From: Nitrososphaerota archaeon
GTDB taxonomy: Archaea; Thermoproteota; Nitrososphaeria; Nitrososphaerales; UBA57
Direction of reading: 5' to 3'
NCBI GenBank assembly: GCA_013378385.1
Contig: JACAFS010000046.1
Span: 1 to 7,283, forward strand
DNA length: 7,283 nucleotides
The position numbers and the translations under genes were made by a program. How positions within the stretch are numbered: position 1 is the first letter of the stretch; every line of letters starts with the position of its first letter. Of this stretch, positions 1 to 6,728 are shown one piece after another. The notes beneath the pieces were generated by a model. It did not search any database, had not been told where the DNA came from, and saw only the letters and a list, made by a program, of their open reading frames with translations.

Positions 1-759
1 AGAGCTTCATCCGATGAGTCCCTTCTACAAATAAAATTAGCTAAACTTACATACGAAAGAGTGCACGCAAAAGAAAAAGTTCGTTTAACTCGTAAGGGAG
101 AAAAACCAGGGTTTAGCGGTATAGGAGTTTATGAAGTCGACGTCTATACAAGAGACATTCAACATCGAGCCAACACTGTCCAATCTAAATTAAAGAAAGC
201 AGGTAACCAGAGAAAACTGCACCGAGAAGGAAGAAAAAGACAAGGATTCAAAACCATATCACTTGCTGGATACACCTCATCAGGAAAAAGCACGCTCTTC
301 AATTCACTTACAGGAGAAAACACTGAACAAAGCAAGGAGCTATTCACAACACTCTCTACAAAAACCCGACGTATTACAATTCAAAAAGAACCGTATCTCC
401 TTTCTGATACCGTTGGCTTCATAGGCAAGCTGCCGGCCTACATGATCAATGCTTTCAGCTCCACACTCGAAGAACTTCTTTACACCGATGCGGTAATAGT
501 AGTCGTCGATGCATCCGACTATTATGAAAACTATGAAAATAAACTGAGGACATGCATACAGACACTGGATCGTTTAGGCGTGGAAAAGGGAAAAATGATA
601 TTTGCACTGAACAAATTGGACCTTATTTCTTACGATGGCCTAGATGAAAAAATCGCTCTATTGGAAGACTTGGGAACAAGAAAAATCATGACAATTTCCG
701 CCAAGACAGGCGAAAACCTAGAAGAACTAAAGGAACTCATTAAACGAACTATAAATTAA
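1..759 (+). CDS. hflX: GTPase HflX, 5'-partial (N-terminus lies upstream of the window)
   Basis: Frame 1 is open from nt 1, with no stop before the GTG at 61. Residues encoded by 1-60 (..[14 protein letters not shown]..) continue the helical linker that precedes the HflX G domain, so the track's GTG start is probably internal. G-domain motifs are readable: G1 GYTSSGKS, G2 region [11 protein letters not shown]3 DTVGFI, G4 NKLD, G5 SAK. DTVGFI together with the upstream G-x-G-x-x-E-like segment ([11 protein letters not shown]) is typical of HflX. The stop is TAA at 757-759. Confidence 0.9.
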   Translation, partial: RASSDESLLQIKLAKLTYERVHAKEKVRLTRKGEKPGFSGIGVYEVDVYTRDIQHRANTVQSKLKKAGNQRKLHREGRKRQGFKTISLAGYTSSGKSTLFNSLTGENTEQSKELFTTLSTKTRRITIQKEPYLLSDTVGFIGKLPAYMINAFSSTLEELLYTDAVIVVVDASDYYENYENKLRTCIQTLDRLGVEKGKMIFALNKLDLISYDGLDEKIALLEDLGTRKIMTISAKTGENLEELKELIKRTIN

Positions 760-775
760 AATAATTCTAACAGGG

Positions 776-783
776 TTAATATA
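776..783 (+). promoter_or_regulatory. Weak TATA-like element upstream of the ABC permease
   Basis: TTAATATA lies in the 52-nt hflX-permease spacer, centred about 32 nt upstream of the ATG at 812. The call rests on position only. Confidence 0.25.
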
Positions 784-811
784 GATAATTTACGAGATAG
801 ATAACGTCCCT

Positions 812-2509
812 ATGCTTATCAATAGACTAAAAAACATGAGCAAAACTTCTGCAATATTCTATTTACTATTGGGGTTTACGCTATTTCTGATAATCTATCC
901 CGTATCTTTCTTGATTTTCGGAAGTTTCTGGAGCGGCAATCCCGGAGGAGCCGGAGAACTAACACTAGATAACTATGTAGTTGTTTTTTCCGATCCAAAA
1001 ACCCTAGAACTATTAGTGAATTCCTTGGCCTATGCATTGGGAAGTGCACTGCTTGGCGTATCCATCGCAACAGTGCTTGCATTTATTACAACAAGAACAA
1101 ACGCGCCACTGCGTGAATATTTTATCTTCATACCAATACTGCCGATAATTCTGCCAGGAATGGTTGACAACCTTGCATGGATATACTTGTTCAGCCCGAA
1201 TTCCGGACTTGCAAATACATGGTGGCGAAACCTAACCGGTTTTGCTGATCCGCTATTCAACATCTATTCTTTGCCAGGGATGGTTTGGGTTATGGGCATC
1301 TCCCTCGTCCCACTTGCATATCTTGTCATCTCCTCCGCGTTCCAGACTATGGATCCATCACTCGAGGAGACAGCTAGGATTTCCGGCTCGTCATTATTTT
1401 CGATATTCAGAAAGATTACAATTCCATTGATGTTTCCTGCAATACTTTCCGTTTATCTTCTTACATTCATTCTTGCATTCGAATCATTCGAAACCCCCGC
1501 AATGATAGGTCTGCCCGCGGGAATAGACGTCTTCATGTCGCAAATCTATCAAGCGGTAGTCTGGGCTATACCGCCAAGCTACGGACTCGGAACTGCATAT
1601 GCAAGTATAATTCTGGTCATTACCATGACTGCAGTCTATCTCTACAGGAAAGCTACTTCTCGCCAGGAGAAGTTCCAGGTCATTACAGGCAAGGGGTACC
1701 AGCCAGGCATTCTCGACCTTGGAAAGTGGAAATGGCTTGGTACAGGAATACTGTGCTTGTATGTCTTCGTCCACATCGTCGTTGTTTTTGGCATGGTTTT
1801 GATCTTATCGTTCCAAACCTATTGGGATCCCACAAACCTGTTTGGTTCTAATCTTACTCTGCGGAACTATGAAACAGTTCTTAGTCAAAGAAGAATAATT
1901 TCAAGTCTCATAAACAGTGCTACCGTTTCAGTAGTCTCTGCCACAATCGTTGTAATAATTGCCGCAATCCTCACTTACATATCCCGGCGCAAAAACATTC
2001 GTGGTGCAGGATTATTGGAAGGATTCGGAACACTTCCCCTAGCTTTTCCTGGCTTTATATTAGGCCTTGGACTACTATGGACTTTCTTAACAATACCAAT
2101 TGGAGTTTACGGAACGGTGTTTGTATTGATGCTAGCATTTCTGGTAAAGTACATGCCGCAAGGGATAAGATTTGCAAACGGCGCACTTATTCAGATACAA
2201 GACGATCTTGAAGAATCATCTTCCGTCACAGGGGCAGAATGGACATACACCGTACAAAAAATAATATTGCCTTTGCTGAAACCAGCTCTCATATCTGCCT
2301 GGATATACATCTTCGTCCTCACATTCAGAGAACTAAGTTCAATTATATTCCTCGTAACTCCGAACAACCAGGTAATATCTGCAATTCTTTGGGATCTCTT
2401 CGTAAACGGCTCTGTAGAGCTGCTAGCTGCAACCTCTATGTTGCTGACATTATTTTTGTGGACTGTTGTCATCATCGCGACTATAATATTCAAAGTGCGT
2501 TTCCGATAA
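812..2509 (+). CDS. ABC transporter permease, fused two-domain type (COG1178-like; iron(III)/thiamine/polyamine-class binding-protein-dependent importer). Substrate not determinable.
   Basis: A single 565-aa ORF that is hydrophobic throughout, with roughly 12 predicted membrane segments. It has two EAA-loop motifs in equivalent positions of each half: LEETARISGSSLFSIFRKITIPLMFPA (about nt 1360-1440) and LEESSSVTGAEWTYTVQKIILPLLKPA (about nt 2205-2290). This duplicated MetI-like architecture is characteristic of FbpB/SfuB/ThiP-type permeases. An alternative start (ATG at 836) cannot be excluded. Confidence 0.85.
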   Translation: MLINRLKNMSKTSAIFYLLLGFTLFLIIYPVSFLIFGSFWSGNPGGAGELTLDNYVVVFSDPKTLELLVNSLAYALGSALLGVSIATVLAFITTRTNAPLREYFIFIPILPIILPGMVDNLAWIYLFSPNSGLANTWWRNLTGFADPLFNIYSLPGMVWVMGISLVPLAYLVISSAFQTMDPSLEETARISGSSLFSIFRKITIPLMFPAILSVYLLTFILAFESFETPAMIGLPAGIDVFMSQIYQAVVWAIPPSYGLGTAYASIILVITMTAVYLYRKATSRQEKFQVITGKGYQPGILDLGKWKWLGTGILCLYVFVHIVVVFGMVLILSFQTYWDPTNLFGSNLTLRNYETVLSQRRIISSLINSATVSVVSATIVVIIAAILTYISRRKNIRGAGLLEGFGTLPLAFPGFILGLGLLWTFLTIPIGVYGTVFVLMLAFLVKYMPQGIRFANGALIQIQDDLEESSSVTGAEWTYTVQKIILPLLKPALISAWIYIFVLTFRELSSIIFLVTPNNQVISAILWDLFVNGSVELLAATSMLLTLFLWTVVIIATIIFKVRFR

Positions 2510-2511
2510 TA

Positions 2512-3831
2512 CTAGTTTAATAAAACACTCTCTGCCTTCTTCATCAAGTCAGCACTTCGTTCTTCGCTGTTGCTCTCCACATAGATCCTGCATTTCGGTT
2601 CTGTTCCTGATGCCCTGAACAACACCCAGCTGTCCGAATAAATCAATCTCAAACCATCAATTTCCTGAATTTCAACAGGTTCTCCTAGAGTTTTCAGGAC
2701 TTTTTCCTTCAACAAATCAGCATCAAAAGCATCCATCGCAATATTGTTCTGCAGGTACGATTTCTTTGGAACATCATCGATCATATCCTGCATGTCAAGA
2801 TTATTGACCGACATATGATTCACCAATTTTATTGCAGCATACATTCCGTCTTCCCACATCCCCCAGTCAGAGTCAATGACCTTGCTCGGTTCTGTTGCAT
2901 ATATTCCAGATAATTTATCCAATGTGATGAATGTTTTGCCGAGACTAGCTCTAGACGCATTACAAGAATGTGATTGTGCAAGATCCTCCAATGCAGTGGA
3001 AGAGTTTATGGAAATCACGACATTGCCCTTTCTTTCTTGTATGATTATAGATAACAGCAAATACGAAAAGACATAGTCTGGAACAATTCCCTCCTTCGTT
3101 ATTATAACAAGGCGATCTCCGTCACCATCGTGCACAAATGCAAAATCCACGTCGCTATTCTTCACCAGGTTTGTAGTTACAGAAAGATTTTCCTTAATTG
3201 GTTCAGGGCTATGTCCATGAAACAAATGACTTGGATGCGAGTTGATGGAAATAACTTCATGCCCCATCTTTGATAGAAGCAACGGCGTAAAGTCATTAGT
3301 AACACCGTTTGCACAATCTACTAAAATTTTAAATTTCTTTTTTCCTGAATCGAATCTCTTCATGATATCTAATGAATAATCTACCTTTATTCCTTCATCA
3401 AAAGTGATTCTTCCAAATTTATCAGGATGGAATTTGTACTCTGAACTATAATTCTGCAACATCTGTTCTGTTTTTTCATCTATTGCAATTCCATTCGGAT
3501 CAAATATCTTTATTCCACAGTAATTTGGCGGATTATGCGATGCAGTAACAGAAAAACCTAAATCAAAATCTCCTTTTTTAGTCGCGTATGCTACCAACGG
3601 CGTTGGCGCAAAACCAATTTGATTTACCTTATTCCCATGATAACTTAATCCAGACGTCAGTATGTTTGCGAATAATATACACGATCTCCTGGAATCATGA
3701 CCAACTAGAAACTTTGAACCTAAACCACTCAGTGAAATTGATTCAACCAGTTTCATTACCATGTTCGTGTCTATCTCTTCCTGGAACAAACCCCTTATGC
3801 CTGACGTGCCAAATCTCAAATTATTATTCAT
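2512..3831 (-). CDS. alpha-D-phosphohexomutase family enzyme (phosphoglucosamine mutase / phosphomannomutase / phosphoglucomutase type). Exact specificity unresolved.
   Basis: The four family loops are present in canonical order. N-terminal FGTSGIRG is followed by the catalytic phosphoserine loop TASHNP (Ser98 codon at 3538-3540). Next are the Mg-binding loop DGDGDR (3112-3129), a divergent sugar-binding loop ATEPSKV (2878-2898), and the phosphate-binding loop RASGTEP (2596-2616). At 439 aa the length is typical for the family. Confidence 0.9.
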   Translation of the reverse strand: MNNNLRFGTSGIRGLFQEEIDTNMVMKLVESISLSGLGSKFLVGHDSRRSCILFANILTSGLSYHGNKVNQIGFAPTPLVAYATKKGDFDLGFSVTASHNPPNYCGIKIFDPNGIAIDEKTEQMLQNYSSEYKFHPDKFGRITFDEGIKVDYSLDIMKRFDSGKKKFKILVDCANGVTNDFTPLLLSKMGHEVISINSHPSHLFHGHSPEPIKENLSVTTNLVKNSDVDFAFVHDGDGDRLVIITKEGIVPDYVFSYLLLSIIIQERKGNVVISINSSTALEDLAQSHSCNASRASLGKTFITLDKLSGIYATEPSKVIDSDWGMWEDGMYAAIKLVNHMSVNNLDMQDMIDDVPKKSYLQNNIAMDAFDADLLKEKVLKTLGEPVEIQEIDGLRLIYSDSWVLFRASGTEPKCRIYVESNSEERSADLMKKAESVLLN

Positions 3832-3851
3832 TTTTAGTAATGTTAATTAGA

Positions 3852-3859
3852 TTAATTAA
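3852..3859. promoter_or_regulatory. Palindromic TATA-like element TTAATTAA in the 47-nt divergent intergenic region (mutase <> acidic protein)
   Basis: The centre is about 24.5 nt from the mutase ATG (3831, minus strand) and about 23.5 nt from the ATG at 3879 (plus strand). A second TTAATTA copy sits at 3843-3849. The spacing fits archaeal TATA-to-start distances for leaderless or near-leaderless mRNAs in both directions. Confidence 0.4.
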
Positions 3860-3878
3860 GATAGATGTGTTTAGGAAG

Positions 3879-4688
3879 ATGCCAAAATTTCAAGGAAGAA
3901 ATATACCAGTTTTCTGGATGGTTGCTGTTGCAGTAGTAGTCAGTGTAGCATACACCATTAGTAATGATTCTCTTATAACAGGAAATACTTTAGAAGATGA
4001 CGGACCGATTTTTGATGAGGATTTTGGAAATCTCAACTCCGATGATCAAGGAGTAATAAGTTTTGATGAAGTCGATGACATGGCACATGTTCCACCTTCA
4101 CCGGGCCCACTTGTTCCACCAAGCGTAGGTGACGAGATAATGTCTTGGATTGATATTAGAAAAACAAACATCTGGATAGAGGATGAATGGCTGTGGATAA
4201 AAATTACTGTTGTAAATCCTCCACCAACAAACCTAGCTAGGACACTTCCTGTTCCACAAGGGCAACTGTTCCAACTCACAGACGAATTACTAACATGGAG
4301 AGTACGAATTGATCATAATGGTGATAATGTAACAGATTATACTATTGACGCTGTATGGAACCCAACTGGAGCGAACGTTAATCAAGACGGAACTCCAAAA
4401 GACGATATGTCTGGCGGATATTTCAGGGATGCCGGACTACCTGGACAAGACAATCGTTATCAAATTGGAAAGGATGAATTCCCAGGTCTTATAGGTAGCA
4501 ATGAAAACAGTTTACTGACTGGCTTTCCATTAGTACTCTTGCCTGAACTTGGAACTGAATTTGAAGTTGCTGTCTGCGTTAACTACACAGGGGACCATGA
4601 GGTACTTGACGACTTTATAATTTCAGCATATGACTGCGATCCAGATATCTTTCCACCAGGCGCGGAATGGATACAAGTTAAACTCTAA
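3879..4688 (+). CDS. hypothetical acidic protein with an N-terminal signal-anchor or signal peptide (predicted extracytoplasmic). No family recognised.
   Basis: The track ORF (3588-4688) overlaps the mutase gene antisense for about 245 nt, so it is trimmed to the ATG at 3879. That start gives MPKFQGRN followed by a 19-residue hydrophobic stretch, IPVFWMVAVAVVVSVAYTI (3903-3959). Next come an Asp/Glu-rich linker, a Pro-rich segment (VPPSPGPLVPPS) and a roughly 190-aa beta-looking domain. By hand count there are about 44 D+E versus about 11 K+R after the anchor. The ATG at 3840 is a less likely alternative start. Confidence 0.7.
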   Translation: MPKFQGRNIPVFWMVAVAVVVSVAYTISNDSLITGNTLEDDGPIFDEDFGNLNSDDQGVISFDEVDDMAHVPPSPGPLVPPSVGDEIMSWIDIRKTNIWIEDEWLWIKITVVNPPPTNLARTLPVPQGQLFQLTDELLTWRVRIDHNGDNVTDYTIDAVWNPTGANVNQDGTPKDDMSGGYFRDAGLPGQDNRYQIGKDEFPGLIGSNENSLLTGFPLVLLPELGTEFEVAVCVNYTGDHEVLDDFIISAYDCDPDIFPPGAEWIQVKL

Positions 4689-6485
4689 TCACTTTACTAA
4701 AGTAATTCCTAGTGCATATACTGCTATTATTACTAAAAACGTAGATACTCCGCCTATCTTTGCTATGTTGAATAAACGGTCCAACCCAACAGAATAATCG
4801 TCCAATAAAGCAGAGCCAAAAACTTTATACGAATTTTTATTTCTTTTCACTACAAAATTTGATTTTACCATCGATTTTTCCGCCGCTATTCTTAACGTCT
4901 TGATAACTTTGCTGATTTCTTTCACGGAAGACTCCCCTCCGAACGGAGTATATCCTATTGAATTCATCACTTTTGCAGCGTTAAAATGGGTATCTGTCGT
5001 ACAAATATCAATTACGTCATCAATTTCACTAAGCACTTCGTCTCTAAAACCCAATGCAACATTGTTTGCGTCTACCGAAACTATTCCATGCATCTTGTTA
5101 TTAATCTCGAACAAAACCATACCTATACCTGCAGGACCCACATCTTCCTTTAGTTCTATGCCTAGTTTATTTGAATGGGAATATCCCATCTTAAATGGCA
5201 TTTGCGTGTTGAATCTAATCTTTCGCAATACGTCCTTCGCCGCTTGTATTATATCTTCACAATCTTCCCTTACCGGCGTAACACCAATTGAATTATGCGC
5301 ATCAATCAATATTGATCCATTAAAACCGATTGACTTTGCAGCTTTGTTTATTTCTTCTCTAACAAATATCGGGAAATCTTCCATTCCATACGGAGCCAAA
5401 GTTAGTATTAACATTGCATAATCACCAAACGCTAATCCGCTAACTGTTGCCCTTCCTATACTTCTTGATTTTGGTTCTGTACATGTACTGCCATCAGATA
5501 CTACTTGCAAGTTATTCATCTCCGTAAGATATGTATCAACTACTGCTTTCGAAGCTAAATTATGTTCATGTCCGGAAATTCCGTGGAAAACCAAAGATTT
5601 TAGATGATTACTGTCCGACCATTTCCATAATTCAAACGGTAAATTACTACTACCTATAGGGTAGAACGGTCCTGGATGAACCTCTGGAACTATTATTGCT
5701 CTTCTCTTTGTTGTCGTATCTTTCTCATCAGAAAATTCAATCACTGATGTAACGATCTCTTTTTCCAAACTAAAAGTTTCAATTAACTCTTCGATTACTT
5801 TAGGACGTTCTGCAACCCATGCTTGTAAAAAACCTTGAAAAATAACTAACGGTGAATTTTTTATTATTCGTCCACCCGTTTTACTTAATAAAATTAAATA
5901 ACCCACACAAATAATTGGTATAATCATCGTTAATGAAAACGCTAAAGCTTCTTCTGTCAATAATAATGAAAACTGTTCTATTGGAAATAATACACCAGTC
6001 TGTGCAAAAGGAATTATTGCAAATAATAACATTGGTTGTATAAACGAAACCAAAGTACCTACACTGATTCTCTTGAAAAATACTGATCCTAAAATTATTA
6101 TTCTTATTGAAATTGCAGTTGATAAACCCATTATAACCATTAAATAAAATACCTGTTGTTCTTGTGATATTGAATACTGATACAATCCAAATGCTGAAAG
6201 AATCGCCCACGATGTATTCGGAACAATCGACATTGCTAGCAATCTACGGATAGAAGCAAACGAATGTCGTAATAATATTAAACGTTCTAAAATAATTGAA
6301 AATAAAAATGCAATAAAAAATATTGCCGTTGCTTCATACCTTTGTGACATTATAGCATTTGAAAATATACCTTGAATTAATATTATTGATAATGAAGTTG
6401 TAGATGCAATAACTAACGAAACAAAAAACGAAGGTAATGTAAATAAAAGTCTGAATTTTCTTTGTAATTTAAAAGTAGATTCCAT
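4689..6485 (-). CDS. polytopic membrane protein of unknown function. The architecture matches the archaeal DUF2070 (COG3356) family as I recall it.
   Basis: This is a 598-aa ORF. Residues about 13-200 form about six hydrophobic helices. Residues about 205-570 form a soluble domain. Residues 575-597 (IGGVSTFLVIIAVYALGITLV) form a C-terminal membrane anchor. The soluble domain carries His/Asp-rich motifs: PEVHPGPFYP, FHGISGHEHN, LIDAHNS and TTDTHFN. The family name is assigned from memory of length, architecture and archaeal restriction, and has not been verified by search. Confidence 0.8.
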   Translation of the reverse strand: MESTFKLQRKFRLLFTLPSFFVSLVIASTTSLSIILIQGIFSNAIMSQRYEATAIFFIAFLFSIILERLILLRHSFASIRRLLAMSIVPNTSWAILSAFGLYQYSISQEQQVFYLMVIMGLSTAISIRIIILGSVFFKRISVGTLVSFIQPMLLFAIIPFAQTGVLFPIEQFSLLLTEEALAFSLTMIIPIICVGYLILLSKTGGRIIKNSPLVIFQGFLQAWVAERPKVIEELIETFSLEKEIVTSVIEFSDEKDTTTKRRAIIVPEVHPGPFYPIGSSNLPFELWKWSDSNHLKSLVFHGISGHEHNLASKAVVDTYLTEMNNLQVVSDGSTCTEPKSRSIGRATVSGLAFGDYAMLILTLAPYGMEDFPIFVREEINKAAKSIGFNGSILIDAHNSIGVTPVREDCEDIIQAAKDVLRKIRFNTQMPFKMGYSHSNKLGIELKEDVGPAGIGMVLFEINNKMHGIVSVDANNVALGFRDEVLSEIDDVIDICTTDTHFNAAKVMNSIGYTPFGGESSVKEISKVIKTLRIAAEKSMVKSNFVVKRNKNSYKVFGSALLDDYSVGLDRLFNIAKIGGVSTFLVIIAVYALGITLVK

Positions 6486-6501
6486 ATTTATTCAGGATTT
6501 T

Positions 6502-6681
6502 TTATATTATTGGAAAAACTCGTAATCCAATAGATATAACAATTATTGCAAGTGCTCCGCCCATGACTATAATAGGTGAAAGTTTGATCCCCTTTCCGGA
6601 ATCTGAGAAGAAGGTTAAAAGCCCCGCTTGTGATGCAGGCATTTGACCTGATTTGTCTTTCTTAGGCTTTTTTGAACTCAT
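6502..6681 (-). CDS. secG: preprotein translocase subunit Sec61-beta (archaeal SecG), 59 aa. Not present in the supplied ORF track.
   Basis: Hand translation of the minus strand from ATG (6681-6679) to TAA (6504-6502) gives MSSKKPKKDKSGQMPASQAGLLTFFSDSGKGIKLSPIIVMGGALAIIVISIGLRVFPII. It has a basic N-terminus, the conserved (S/Q)AGL-x-x-(Y/F) motif and a single C-terminal tail-anchor helix. It aligns well by eye with M. jannaschii SecG as I recall it (..[38 protein letters not shown]..). Confidence 0.8.
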   Translation of the reverse strand: MSSKKPKKDKSGQMPASQAGLLTFFSDSGKGIKLSPIIVMGGALAIIVISIGLRVFPII

Positions 6682-6703
6682 TACATTGTTTCAAACTTTG
6701 TTT

Positions 6704-6711
6704 AATTTAAA
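6704..6711 (-). promoter_or_regulatory. TATA box candidate for secG (likely leaderless transcript)
   Basis: The minus strand reads TTTAAATT, centred about 26.5 nt upstream of the secG ATG (6681). There is no purine-rich Shine-Dalgarno-like sequence in between. Confidence 0.4.
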
Positions 6712-6728
6712 TCTGGCTGTAGATTTTA

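Noticed and set aside
61-63. GTG at 61 as the hflX start codon.
   Set aside because: The frame is open to nt 1. The upstream residues continue HflX-like sequence, and a 232-aa product would lack the HflX N-terminal domain. The gene is simply truncated by the window.
3588-3878. N-terminal 97 residues of track ORF 3588-4688 (MLPTALAQNQ...).
   Set aside because: This part lies antisense inside the well-supported phosphohexomutase CDS and has no protein-like features. The signal-anchor sequence begins right after the internal ATG at 3879, which is also correctly spaced from a TATA-like box.
3879-3959. Type IV pilin / archaellin-like class III signal peptide in the acidic protein (MPKFQG|RN...).
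   Set aside because: The -2 position relative to the Gly is Gln, not the Lys or Arg that I recall as typical of prepilin peptidase sites. The +1 residue is Arg, which is atypical. The rest of the protein does not resemble pilins. I treat it as a generic signal anchor.
159-4279. Short nested ORFs from the track: 159-347, 876-1082, 1030-1263, 1242-1430, 1484-1774, 2191-2493, 2239-2520, 2876-3076 and 4046-4279.
   Set aside because: All of these 62-100-aa ORFs lie mostly or wholly inside confidently assigned genes, antisense or off-frame (2239-2520 runs 11 nt past the permease stop into the antisense mutase 3' end). None has a recognisable motif.
4900-5421. A 173-aa + strand ORF antisense to the DUF2070 gene, plus the 109-aa same-strand alternative-frame ORF at 5881-6210.
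   Set aside because: Both are fully nested in a long, coherent CDS. Their low-complexity Ser/Ile/Asn-rich translations are typical of off-frame reads of AT-rich coding DNA, and there is no start context.
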